Assembly (NCBI GenBank): GCA_973895155.1
Contig: OZ316891.1
Location: 7,681,808 to 7,745,807 of the forward strand
Source of the DNA: Marsupella aquatica
Taxonomy: Eukaryota; Plantae; Marchantiophyta
Direction of reading: 5' to 3'
DNA: 64,000 nucleotides
Part shown: positions 11,051 through 24,199 of the stretch, piece by piece
Layout of the letters: each line of letters begins with the position of its first letter
Position numbering within the stretch: the first letter of the stretch is position 1
Position numbers and translations under genes: made by a program
Notes under the pieces: generated by a model
What the model saw: the letters and a program-made list of their open reading frames with translations, nothing else
Told to the model about the DNA's origin: nothing
Databases searched by the model: none

Positions 11051-14000
11051 CTTCCTTTAAATATTTTTTGCAATTTTTATTACTTTGAGGGGCCACGCAA
11101 ACCCCATGGCCGGGGGGGAACAAAATAGAATAACAACCACCATGGCAAGCACAGCAAATCGCAAGCACACACCAATGCAAACGGTTTACCAACAGCACCC
11201 ATAACAAGTATCCTACCAGCTATCTGGAGCAGAAGACCAACCTCACCCCCAGAATATACTTATCCAACAACAATCCAGCAGCCTAACCAGCCTACTATCC
11301 CACATTTAGACAGTCTTGCTCTATCCTGATGTGATCCAACAATCCCTACGCCTCAACCATGTGAGCCTTTCTTCCTTGATGATCTCTTTCACCCGTAATA
11401 GCCTAGTGCATCTGCTGCATGCCGGCAGTGTCAGCCCAACCGCAGTAACCTGATCCACCGCCTCCGAGAGAGTGAAGCGAATGTCAAATCTCCGGGCCCC
11501 GCCCTGCTTGAACATATGCTCATTACGTCCCAACCAAATCATCCACAATATCTGGTATAAGACAAACATTTTAACAACCTTCCTATAATCCTTGCCCACC
11601 GCAAAATTAATCATCACAAGCAACCCCCCAGAATAGTCCGCAAATATGCCCTCAAAGCTTAGAGAACAGAGCTGCCAACATCGATGTGCATGTTGACAAG
11701 TCAAGAACAAATGTGGAATAGTCTCCAGTGTGCCCGGACACAGCTTGCACTCACCATTACCTTTACCAATTCTGGCTGCCCTAACCCCCATGAAGAGCCC
11801 AGATGCCACTATTCGCCACATAAATGTCTTAGCCCTCATAGAAAAATCCGATCCCCACAAACCCGCCCAGCTTGCACTCCATTCGTCGCCCGTGCTATCC
11901 ATTCCCCATGTCCTGTTTAAACTCTGCAAATCTCCCACCTCCGCTCTCAGCATTTGATATGCCCTCTTATTTGAGACTCTAAACATCCTAAGAGCGGTTG
12001 GGTTGTCAGCCCAACACCAGCTCTCCGGCCCAGGCTCCATCCCCCACTCACAACTTGGAACCTCTGCTAACAGCCCTATAAATCTTCGTCCAAGTGTTAA
12101 GTGTTCCTCAGAAAAGCCACGTAAATGTAGCCATTGTCCTGCCAGCACTTGCCATCCATTTCTACCTCTTGACCATAAATCTTGCATGCACCTTATGCCC
12201 AGTCGTCCATGAGAACCGTCATTGCTTCCCCGTCACAGGTGCTCCACGCCTGCGTGCCCTTTAAGCAACGGAGCACGTCACAAATTGCCCATCTACCAGG
12301 TATGTGCTTAGAGGGACAAAATATCAAATTTGTTCGCAGCAATTCCCAAGCCTTCCAGAGATCCCCCGTATATGCCATCCCATGGAGTGCCCTGGGGCAG
12401 CCAAGTACCATCTTATCCCGAAAGGTATACCCATTCCTACGCATCACTTTATAGTTAGTCCATCCGATCCGATTCAGATTTTCTGCAAACATTCTGGCCC
12501 ATTCCGTATCCAGGTAGTCCATGGCACTGGTAAACCATTTTGATAACAACGCATCAGAGTGACTGCGGAAATCCTTAAACCCGAGTCCGCCATCCAGCTT
12601 GGGACACTCAATATCATCATTGGATCCGTGATCACCCTGCCATCATCCATCGTGAGGCTCCTCATTGCCTCTCGTTCTCTTTTCGCCTTTACCGTTGCAA
12701 AATAAAATCTTGAAGGTTCCTCCCCTTCACCCAGCCATTTAATTCGAGCTAGCCTTCGTCCTCTGTGTGCCTCCTCCAGTTTTGTAGCATGTACCTGATC
12801 TTCCATATCAACGTAATCTCTCAACTCCTCAGCTGTGTATTCCTCCAAGATCTCCATTTTCAAAACACGCAGCTGGTTTCTTAAAAGAAGCATTTCTTTG
12901 TCTTTCTCTTTCGGTGTCGCTTGCTTCTCCATGTATTTACTCCTCATATTCCTGCAAGCCGTGTCAAAAGCAAGAATCGGTTCAATACAATCCCCCTTTC
13001 CCTCCACCCATGCCGTTCCAAGTACTTCGACCATACCCTCAATCCTAACCAGGGTAGGATTGGCCTTGAACAAAGATCTTCTCAGTCTCGATTTACCTTC
13101 CTGCCTTCCTTCCATGAGTCTAATGCCAATCACAACCGGGTCATGATCAGACAATGCCGATCCCCCATCATGCACCAAATCAACCAATTTATAGAGCCAA
13201 TCACCATTCGCACTAAGATAAAACTGATCCAATCTCGATTGAACCAATGACCCCATCCTGTTCCTTCTCCATGTGTAGCGCGCCCCCCGTACCTCCCCCT
13301 TGATTAGCAAAGCATCCACCAAATTGAATCTAACTTTTAGAAATCTCCAGAACTCTGCTCCCGTCCCTTAATCATGGGAGAATTACCGGTGGAGTCCTCC
13401 CTGATTTTGGTCATATTAAAGTCCCCGCATACTATCCAGTTCTCCTAAGGAAGATGCATTTTAAGCTCATGCCACAATATTGCTCTTAGTCGAGCAGTAT
13501 TCGGTGCGTAAACACTCAAAATCCCAAATTTACATTCCTGATATACTACAATCGCCCATACAGCTCGCCCCCGATCCAACACCCTGGACGCGACCATCCT
13601 GTAGTCCGGATGTATCAGCAATGTTGTGCCTCCCCGACCTTCCTCCGGTGTTGACGCAACACATTGGTACGTTGGCAGAATTACTCTCATAGCCATATCT
13701 AGTCTGAACTGGTCCGCCAATGCATCTATACGTTCCTTCCTAGCTGCAATCCAGTTTTTCACAACATTCTTCCGATTTGGTTCACACAGCCCACAAACAT
13801 TCCAGGACACCACCCCCAAAATTCCTTCCATCTTTTGCCCCCGTCCCCCGCTCCCCTAAGCTAAATTTGCATTCGCCCACCCGAAGAGGTTTCCGAGCAC
13901 ACACTACCCCCCTTACGCTGCCTTGGAGTGACAATTGCTATCTCTCCAGTCTCCTCCATTTGTGAGTCTACAATCAGCAACAAAGAGTCCCACAGCTCAG

Positions 14001-15058
14001 TCGAGCCATCCTCACTCCGCGCAGCTGCATTGTTACTAGTCCCGCCTGTCCCCTTAATCTCCACTTCCAACCTTGCTTCTCCCCCTTTCGTTATCACGGT
14101 ACTTGTCCTCTCGCCTTCGTTTCCTTCCTACCTTTCACTAGGCTGTCCAGTCTCCAGCCCCCTTCTTGCTCTCGTGATTCCAAACCAAGGTCAACGTGAT
14201 CAATTGACCCGGCCCTTCGACCCATTTGCAATCTTTGGCTATCCTTCAAGCCCCCCTAGTCCTCCCTACCTGCTCCCTCTTCTTCCTACTCTGCTTCCGT
14301 TTCTCCCTCAATTCTCCAAATGCTCAATCCATTCTTAGCCCCCTTATTTGCCCTTGTCAACTACACAAACCCTGAGCCCCTTAGCAATCAAAGTAGAAAC
14401 TCCGTAAAGTGAGATTGCCGAGAAACTTTTGTGTCTAAATATGATCTATCTCCCAGGGTAAACAGCGTCGCGACTCCCGTGCTACAGGGCCCAGTTTGCA
14501 AAAATTCCTTCTCTACTCCCGCCCTTGAGCAATCTTAGTGTAGAATCCGTTAAGTGAGATTTCACTCGTGCTATCCCAAGAAGCGCCAATCAACTCCTGC
14601 ATCCCGATATGGTCTGTCACCCAGGGTATACAGCTCCGTGACTGACTTGCTACAGGACCATGCAAAAATTCCTCCTCTACCGCTTACATTACTGCATCGT
14701 TCCTAATCTCTCCATTGTGATATCACTGATACAAAGTGTGTAAGTACTTCTTGTCAGACATTCAGTGTAAATCCCCCGCGACAGAGCACTTCCAAGCCCG
14801 CATCCGAGTGCTTAAAGCCGATTCAATCCCTAAACCTAATCAATCTTCCCGTAAAACCATTAGCAGGTCGTTACTTATCAAAAAAAAATCCCATAAGTAG
14901 AACCCCTCCCTATCTTAGAGACCTCCTGAAAGGTCTACTCCTCCAATCAATAATCCACCTAATATCAATCTCAATCCCTGCATTCCCCGTAACTAGTTCT
15001 CGAGCTCCGCCAGTTCCCAGTTCCCAGTTCAGTTCCTCTCGCCGTTCCTAAGACTCCC
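11051..15058 (-). mobile_element. LINE-B nested inside LINE-A; internally deleted (no RT core), with EN domain and zf-RVT C-terminus
   Basis: Flanked by direct repeat CCCGATGAYAGTAC (11037-11050 and 15059-15072). A-rich 3' end at ~11051-11087. EN motifs SWNVCGL, SVYAPN and SDHDPV. C-terminal CKLC…ETIPHLFLTC and WMIWLGRN at 11321-12187. The sequence jumps from DDGRVITDP to KLDGGLG at ~12605. Confidence 0.92.
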
Positions 15059-18000
15059 CCCGATGACAGTACTTTAAGTGACGGGTGCAGTAAAAAATAG
15101 CTGTGCCTCCCCTGCCGTCAACGGGGGCCAAGTAAAAATGCTGATAATCGGGTAGGATGGTCTTCAACGCATTATCCAATCAAAATTCATCAGCCTTTAC
15201 TTCCTGCAAAGCCAGGGCGTCGAGTGGAGGTCGGATTGAAGAAGCCCATTTAAACACCACATGCTTTCTATCTGGATTACATAAGCCGCAGACATTCCAC
15301 AATGCACAATTGAGGAGTGTTGTATCGCTCCACTTCTCCAAGGGGCCAGCAAAGCAGTTTAAGGAGAAGCAACAATAGCCCAAAATTACGCCTCAACATT
15401 CAGCAGGTCAGAGGGAGCAGCATTCCCACCAACCACCCCCACCGCCCCGCCCGTAAGGATAGGCGGGGGATCCCGTTCAGCAATAGGCTGCACCTCCACC
15501 ATAGGGACAGGGAGCGCAACAATGGAGCGATTATGCTCCCAAGTCAGCTTCCGTCCTGGAGTCACCCAGCCCTCAGCATCCTGCACAGTAGAATCAGGGG
15601 AGAAAAGTAAGGATCATTGATTCTTGGCTTTCTTTTTGCCTTTATCCTTCTTTTTCTCCTCAGGTGGGGATCTGCGTTCCAGTTTCCTAGCTCGATGTTT
15701 CTTTTGAGCACAGCGGGATATAAATCCCTCATATTCTGATAGCTCCATATCAGAAGGTATTTCAGAGCCAGAGGGGTCATCCACCATTTCCTCAGATCCC
15801 TCCCCAATAGCAACCAGTTGAGTCCCTTTGGCAGGCGAAAGTTTGCTAGAAGGCATCAGAGTAATCTTAGGTGCTGCCAAAAGAAGCTTAGGTTCGTCAT
15901 TCATAGCCTGTAGATCTTGAAAAATCCTAGGAACCTTGTTCTCCACAGAAACAGATTTAACCAGAGGGTTTTGGGGACCCAGTTCAGCAGATTCATCCAC
16001 CGCCGATGCAATCACAACTGGCTAGGAATCAATAGCCAGCACCGGTGTAGCGCCAAATAAAGAGCTCCCTCCAGGATCATGCTCAGCAGCAGTCGTAGTT
16101 CCAAGGATGCCCCTGGGAGGAGAAGGAGCCGCCATTGTTTTAGACTCAAGAGGGGCAGGCATGTCAATAGCAGTCAACAGTAGTAACTATTTCCGCAGGG
16201 ATAACCTCAACCTGATCAGTATTAAGAGGAGGAGTGGCCAGGGGACCTCCTATGCCTGCTCCTCGTGTGATCGACAATCCCTGGCCAAGTGGCCTTTGCG
16301 ATTACAGATAAAATAGTGGAAGGGTATATTTTTGAAAATGACCGGTTGCCAGATGGAGAGATCAGCCTAAATTTGGACTTCAACACTGCACGGGACCTCC
16401 CAGAGTATACAAACACGATCATGGGGGTAGGAGCTTAAATCATCGCCCTGAATATAATGCAAAATATCTCCCAGAGGAGCAGCCAGCTTCCAACGACAGG
16501 GTTCCAATAGCAGTGCACGAAAAGGGATTTCAATCCAAATAGGTAAGAGAGTGTATGACTCATTCATGATATCAAAGGATGGGTCCCAGGGGAAGGTAAA
16601 AACATACTTCCGTTCCAAAAACCAGGGTGCCTCTGCTAAAGCCAGGTCCCGATGCTCAGGATTTTTGAAGGCCACCATGTAGAAGCTCTTTCCCACAAAT
16701 TTCACTTGTGTTACTGGCCACTTCCTTTCGTTAACAAAAGTTTTCTCCACCCAGAATTTAAACGTCGGAAGCTTAGGTGCACGATCAGTGAAATAACACA
16801 TCATGGAGCAGTTGAATAGCCCCCGAACAGTCTCACCTGCCTCTTCAAGGGACCAAGTAATTGTAGTGTGAAGCTGGGAGGGCCAATTTTGTATCGTGAG
16901 ATCTGAGATCCTTCTCAAAAGCGGAATGCAAGCCTCAACTTCCTCCGCCCTTGCCTCAATTGAGGATTGCGTGCCCTCTCCTGTTGCACCCAAAGTTGGA
17001 GGACCAGCAGGCCCAGCTGAGTGAAACTGGCTACGATCACTTCAATCTTGCTCACACACTCCGTCCACATTCATGTCTTCCCTACCAAATCGTTCACCAA
17101 TGTCATCTTGAAAGGTTTCACTGTAGGAGGGCTGCTCGCGACCTTCCAGAACATCCATAGAAACAGTGTCAAGGGCCCGATGAGCTTCCCATCTTGCAAA
17201 TCCATCAACATTATCACCATAAGGTTTCAAACCAAACCAACTCTGCAATGGTTGATCAGAGGAAAGAGCAGTGATTGCCTCCCTATCAAGTGGACATTGG
17301 TTTCTTATCGAATCGGATTGGGCATCCTGTCCCCAAAAATTGCTGACATAACATCCCCTACTAGGACCAAAAAATCAACTCACGCTCGCAAGGGCCACCA
17401 GAATCCACATGATGCCAATGGCCAACACCTCCTTCCACATCCCTCCGTGCCGCATCCCTCTGTGCAGCCTAGTCGCATAGAAAGGCAAGTCCCGCCATGA
17501 GAGCCCCACGTCCTCCGTGTCCCGAAGTGTTCCTCCGATGTATCCACATAGATATCAAGTTGATTGAGACAAATAAAAGAAAGGTAAATGGCAGGGGGCA
17601 CCAGTCCAGCACCCGGGATACAATGAGCACGCACCTCAACGACGAAGCAGGAGATTCCCAGTCACTTATGCATGAATTTGTGAAAGGGAGGCCTAAATTA
17701 GTAGGGCAAGATGTGGATAGTATCTCACCTGGAATCCTGGTCACCAGAGAGGGGAATGTCCACCAACACAGAGACCAGCACCCAGATCCCAGAGGCGGTC
17801 AAGGGAGTCACCAACAAGCCAATTTTGCAAGAATCCCCGAGTGAGCCGTAGGGATGGTGGAGTCATCCCAGAAATTGGAGTCAAAGAGTGAGAAGCCGCA
17901 AGAGCAACGCCTCAAGGAATACGCAACAAAAACCCAGTACTAGTGATTGCATGCAATGCAGTACACCAGTGAGGCCGTGTCTGCACTGCCAAACCAAAGA
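15059..18000 (-). mobile_element. LINE-A 5' part: 5' UTR, ORF1 (DUF4283-like plus zinc knuckle) and start of ORF2 endonuclease
   Basis: ORF 16367-16993 has the typical plant L1 ORF1 signature (APWFL…FPWDPSF…PIWIEIP). Knuckle YFICNRKGHLARDC at ~16270-16312 has the first Cys mutated. WNVCGL…LALQEVK at 15180-15330. The frame joins 11050 across the insertion (…LHPSLKVLSSGTLDLGRAVW). The 5' limit is approximate. Confidence 0.9.
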
Positions 18001-18299
18001 TGTCGTAACGTCATTTGAACGTAAGTAAAGATGAAAGCGCTTTCAACATAAAGGCTAGAGAGATTAGCCCCGCGCCTCCTTCTGACTGTGGCACAATTTT
18101 GCCCTACCTAGAGATTCAGCACACAGCACGAGCACGGTCGGACCCCTTGTCTGCTCCCAGATACATTCCCGTCATTCAGATGTCAGAATCTTTGGAAAAA
18201 AAGTTTGAATCTGCAGCTTCAGCTTTCATCGCACGTCAAAGTAAGCGAAGTTAAGATAGCTTGTCCGTGGACCACCATTCTGATGGTCAAATCCATGCA

Positions 18300-18460
18300 A
18301 AATCGTCTTAATCCGTAGTAATCCTTGCCATTATCTCGATAATCATCACAAACATAACACAATCCACAAAGATTGAACACCTCACCCTCCGGAACACCCA
18401 AAAACCCCAACCCCTAGTTCTCACAGCTCCGTCAGTTCTCACAGCTCTGTCAGTTCCACT
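18300..18460 (-). mobile_element. Short LINE-B-family 5'-end fragment
   Basis: CTAGTTCTCACAGCTCCGTCAGTTC resembles the LINE-B 5' terminus CTAGTTCTCGAGCTCCGCCAGTTC at ~14993-15030. Confidence 0.45.
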
Positions 18461-20013
18461 AAGTCATAATTCCTAAACTGTGCTCCTATGTTTAATGCTA
18501 AACAAAAGCGTAGAGGAAAGCGCTATGATTCCTAAATGTACTACTTTAGAGGCGGCACATTCCATAATGAAGGCTTGGCAAACAAAGGAAAAGGCTGGTC
18601 TATTTGAATCATGTGAGATGGATCTAAATAGGGCTCTCTGTCACGCGATTGACATGGGTCTTAACACCAAAAACGTCACTATTTGGTGCCAAAACTATCT
18701 CCTTGTACTTGAGGATCACGAAGGGATGCTGTGAAGGCCGGTAAACACTAGTTTATGCCCTTAACACCAGACTATCATAGCAAGACTCTGTCACACATCA
18801 TCCAAGCTCAACCCCTAGGAACCAAGGTTGGGAATCAGATCCTGTGCTCATGATAGTTTTGGTGAGAAGGGGTCTTCATATTGGGCCCGTACACACAGGG
18901 CCTAGCGCTACAGTGTGCATATGTCTATACGTATGCTTACTGTCATAGGTATATTTCTATTTCGCCGCCGGAATGTACCATAAACCAGTGACTCCCGACT
19001 GATTCCCGACTTACTATAGGGACTTCTAAGCCATTGCCCCACCACTCTGCCATTCCACTCTCAGCAATCAGAGCTATGACAGCCCTCACCCAACCCACTT
19101 CAATGCACCCGGTACACCTCTTAGTGGGGCTGCTAGTCCCATCATACACTCAGATTGCCTCACACACACACACATCCATGAGAGAAATGAGGCCTAAGAG
19201 GAAAACTTAGTTAGATTCAAAGATGTGCACAATAGTTCACTGAGAACATTTGATCCGAACAATAGGCCCAAAGGCTGTCTCCTCCAGATTGCAACGTGCT
19301 TGCCCCACAAGCCCCGTGCTTGCCATGCAAGCTCAATCCTAAACCTAAACCCGACTCACTCCAGATTGCGACGGTAGATTGGACTCCAACCAATCCCGTA
19401 CTTGCCTTGCAAACTCAATTATGAACTCAGCCTCCATTGCAATTTATTCTTGGGGGCACGTACAAATCTCACACCTCCATTTCCATATGTCAAGTTACGC
19501 ATGCACAGTTGACTCGACTTCAAAGTTGGTACCAGGCCTAACGGCGATCTACCCCAGACTACAATGAGGCCCGGCCTCGTGCTTGCCCTGCAAGCTCAGC
19601 CCTGGCCATAAATCCCTTAGTGCTCTCTACCAGACAAAGGCCGGGACTCCCCATGGATCACGTAGCATTGCCAGACTAAACTGTAAATGCTCCTCTTGCT
19701 AGACTAGAGATTTAGTAACGTTCAACAGCTCCAACCTCATTTGTCACATGTGCAAGTTTTTATTTCTTTTCAATGATACCAACTCAACTTTCCATTTTAA
19801 TAACACATTTGGTTATTGAATATGGCTAGCGTCGGGCGCTAGCTTTAGTTTGTTTTGTTCTGAGTGGATCTGTTTCATTTCATGGTCCGAGTGCTTTGCG
19901 GTACTTATCTTTGTGAACGGAATTTTTGTTTATGAACTTTCCTATATTTGAGTTCTTGTCATGGAATATAAATCTAAGCCACCGTTAAAACCATTTTCAG
20001 TTCTCCATATATA

Positions 20014-20269
20014 CCTTTGGGGGGTTGACTATCAAAAATCTTAGGAATCACGTGCGATCCAAAATAGGTATTTTTCATAGAAATTAGCTAAATTTTTAAA
20101 AAGCGTAGGAAGCAAAATAAGGTATTATAGACCTTTTATAAAGTAAAATAGGTCATTAATATTGAAAATAGAGAATGTTTTTGGAATATTCCCATTATAA
20201 AATAGGTGTTTATATTAGGCTAGGATCGCACATGGTACCCCAAAATATACACTAAGTTAACCCCCCGAG
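20014..20269. mobile_element. MITE-like element with imperfect TIRs and TA flanks
   Basis: Left end TA|CCTTTGGGGGGTTGACT…CACGTGCGATCC and right end GGATCGCACATG…AGTTAACCCCCCGAG|TA are reverse complements. The interior is AT-rich and non-coding. Confidence 0.7.
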
Positions 20270-22224
20270 TATATACCCCTTCCAGTTCACACTTTGTTGA
20301 AGTGTACTTAATTGTGGATTTAGGGACACCGAGAAATTGATTTGGTCTCATCTCAAACACTTACACTAGTAGGTCATTTTGCAAGATGTGGATATTAAAG
20401 GGTTCAAAATTCTATTTTTTTGTTTTTTGTTAGCGCCTAGTGCTATTACATAGTACGGTTCCGATTCCAATGATGTTTTTAAGATTGTTATTGTTTTGAG
20501 TGTGCCTTGGGCCTCAGTAGCCTATGTATGGCGGGACCCACTCTATGGTTTACGCATATTTGGTGGAGAAGTAATTCAGTTACAGAGATAGCATGTGAAT
20601 TTTGTTGTTGCAAGGAACCCGATCAAGTCTTACCTTTCCAATAAAAATGGCCAAAAAACTTCATATGTTTACTGGTACTAGTTCTTGTTTTCCTGTTTCC
20701 TATCTCGGTGGTGATGCCCTCTTTTGATAGTTTCTTCCTGCGGCTCCAAGCCTAAATGGCTCCAACTTTTCTTCCTTCTCCGGACATCACTTACTACACC
20801 TAGCCTCCAATTGTTTTCACGATAGTCACACTCCCCTAAAGAAGACTAATCATCTTAGCACGAGATCAACCGTTAATATCCACTACCTCACCCAAGATCT
20901 AGATCCAAGTACAAGTAGCACACTTCTTCAGCTCCGTCAGGCTAGTTCTCAATGTCAGCTCATCAGTTTATTGTGTTGCATGGTTATTAGCACCACTATT
21001 TAATTTTGGTATCATTTCATGGTGCAGGCTGAGCACATATATTGCAAGGTCGCTTGGCAACAACAACTTGGGTTTACTCAATAAACTTGAAAGTATTTTG
21101 TCAAGGAATTCTTGAAGTAGTTTGGCAACACTTGTGGGCCATGTCATTGCATCATAGACACTTCCCATCCTGTCCATAGCAAATATACCTTTGAGCAATT
21201 CATCATATAATTGTTCTTCAATAGCGATAAATGCTTGTTTGTATGGGAAGCCCTTGTTTGCTTGTCAAACACATCTCTAGACTACCAAAAACTTTGAGCT
21301 TGGAATAAAAGCATTTTGATCACCTGCCTGTGCAAGCGTATGAGCAAAGGTGCAACTTGACCCTGGTAGTTGTCATTGAGGAATCATCGTGGCAATAGAA
21401 GCGGCCTCAAACTCCTCCTCAAAACCAAGGTAGTGGACCTATCACCCCAGCGGGTGAACCAACTCATAAGCCCCAAGGCTACAAGAGAGGGCTTCCATCC
21501 CCATCTATCGGACCCCCATGTCCAATTAGGGTCGAGCAACCATGAGGGTTATAGCACCAAACAACATTGCACTAGGGAGGTTTGCAGGCCCATGCTAAAT
21601 GTCAGCAAGAGTAGGAGGAAGTGGTGGACCTTGCCACTCAACGGCCTCACCAATAACAACCCTCTCGCCTAAGTGCCCTTGGTGCCCAAAAGCCTACACC
21701 AAACTCCTTGAGCAAGAAACTTGGTACCTCTAGCACCTCTAGTACATAGCAACTCTCATACAAAGCCACACTTGTTGCTTAATTAACTCAATCGTTGCTC
21801 AATGGTCCTCATAGTCTGCACAAACAACCAAACATCTAGGTAAGTAACCCATAAGATCTAGGAACTCCAAGACTAGTGTCTCAACTCAAGCTCAACAGAC
21901 ATTGGTATGTAGGTCAGAAAATAGAACCTCTCAGGCCCGCATGGCCTTGCCATAAGCCAAAGCCAAAGCCAACACCCACTATTCATCCATAACAACCACT
22001 CTTTGGGTGTCACTAGTGCTTTGCCACAGTTTCTTGTTTGTCATTGGCTGACCACCTTGCCCTTAGGACATGCTCATGGCCCAAAATAGCTAGCTTGTCC
22101 CAAAGCTTGTCCACAACTTATCCTGAGACATTGGGACCAAACCCCGGACGAGATTGACCTTGACTCTAGCAACCAACTCCAAGGTTCTTGCTCAATCAAG
22201 AGTCTAGGGGCCAAGTGTACTTGG

Positions 22225-23090
22225 AACTAAACCTCCATCCTACTCTACTTTGCCTCCCCAATGCAAGCTCTCATGGGAAATTGAATGCGACTTGGCTGCT
22301 ATTTCAACAGGATGCATATGTGGCAAGCAAGCAAGATAGCCCCCGCAAACTCTGAGAACCAATGGCATCTCCAGACCCATTTGAGCTTAGGAAGATGTAG
22401 TCCTCCTCAAGAGCTTTCCAACGCATCCAAGGATCTCCAATGGACTTCCCGTTGAGAAATTTATCATTATTTCTATTTAATTTGGAGTTTCTCCTTAGTG
22501 TCGCAACCATCACGGCTCATGACTTGAGCTCACCCTTGGCCCCTAGGGAGACACCACTCCCCTCATATATGCTTTTGAAGACCTCCCACCTCCGGACCGG
22601 CTTTGTTCCCCACATTTGGCCCTCAACCTGGACTCCAACCCGCACACGTGGGCACGCAACTAACTTGTTATGTCTACAACTTTCTAGCTAGACGTTTGTA
22701 AGTGGATTGCCTTAGCCGGTTGTGATTGGGCTAACCTAGTGCTCAATCATGCCTAGGCCCTGAGAACCCATCGTCAGTTGGGGGTCCCAGATGGCCCCAC
22801 CCAGGCCGCGCTGTATCTCATGTGCCAAACGTCTATTTCGCATAAAGTAATTTTTTTTAGCCTTGGGCCCAAGAGGAGCTACTACTCAAGCCCTCATAAC
22901 TCAAAGTCCTTAGTGTGCATCACCAGCTTGGCGCCTTGCTCATGTTAGTGCAACGCCTCGTTGCCCACTAGTCCCCCATACTTAGTCCCCACCGGATGGC
23001 CATTCTTGAGGCCTGGACCATAGAGGAGCTTGGCATCACAATTAGCGATGTTGGAGCTAAGTGTTAGGGTAGTCGAGTTCTACGACTAAG
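22225..23090 (-). repeat. Left arm of a ~0.9-kb diverged inverted repeat (partner at 25903-26860)
   Basis: Example: TAGTGCAACGCCTCGTTGCCCACTAGTC (~22946) vs GACTAGTGGGCAACGAGGCGTTGCACTA (~26023). Both arms translate W(M)RWK.LEEDYI on opposite strands. Confidence 0.9.
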
Positions 23091-24199
23091 GAGGACAACA
23101 ACATTGGCAATGTTACAGAAAATCTTCACCCATAGCCTTGCCTGCCCTTTGTGTATGCTTGATGGTGAATATTTTGGACTTAAGTTTGGACTTAGATCAC
23201 CCAAGTCCGCAACTTAACCGATAGCCCCAAAAAATGAGCAATACCCACTAGCCACAAGTGCCACACTAGTACCCAACTGGCCTTGGGCCCAACCATAGGG
23301 CCAAGCTCATTAGAAGTCTTGATGGACAAGAATGTGAACATGTAGACATCTCCATCGTAGTACCAACCATCCCCATGAGTGTGAGACTCCCACTGAGTTT
23401 GGCAAGAAAATCCTGTCGATGGCCGATGTCTCTAGTAGACAGAGTTGCAAGTAGAAGGAGCTTGCAACAATGACTACACGTCTCCCTTGGCATAGGTACA
23501 CAAGCTCGTACACAAGTCTGAGCGGGTAGTGTCCATGCCTTGAAACACTTGCCAATACAAAGGGCAAGATCTTGTTGATTCATCACCAATTAATTTGACC
23601 AAGCCCATGCGTGTACCAGCATCCGGGGTAGGAATTTGTCATTGAGTCAAGCTTGTCTCTAGATTTTATTAACCTGCCCAGGCCAGAGGCATGACTAAGG
23701 TGGGTCCCACGCACAGGTGCCCAAGGAAAAGAAATACAACTCCCATCACTTTGATGCCTATGGGCAAAGCAATGGCTAATTTACCTCCCGCAAGTGCAAG
23801 AAGAGGAGCTCAAGGAGCGGCTCCACTTCTAGAGGTATGCCCTTCACAATATGGAGCCATAGAAACTAAGAGATTTTTGCAGGCAGCTGGTCCAACTAGT
23901 GGAAGTGTTTAAACCAAGGGATTGGGCGTTGTACTTCACCCAACAATTTCATGAAGAGATGAGCCATGTGCACAACACCCTCTATTTTGGTGGGAAATTG
24001 TATTTGGGTAGCCACATCAAGATCATCTTGAGTGGACGGTACGACTGACTGCATTGGGAAGGGCTTTTGGGGTGCGTGGAGATTGAAGCTCATCATCTTG
24101 CCTATCTAGGTGTTTCCTGAAGAGCGGCAAGCCCAACCCAAGGAAACAAGGGGGTTTGCAGACACTAACGCCCAACCCACCCCATCAAATGCAATTGAA

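Noticed and set aside
8812-13250. Plus-strand ORFs such as 9504-10157 and 12835-13146
   Set aside because: Antisense shadows of LINE ORF2.
8233-18000. Active or domesticated reverse transcriptase, retron or DGR-like system
   Set aside because: Ordinary plant L1 architecture with many stops and frameshifts.
18015-18734. Short + strand ORFs as genes
   Set aside because: No recognisable domain or splice structure. They lie within TE debris, and 18480-18734 may be a decayed RT fragment.
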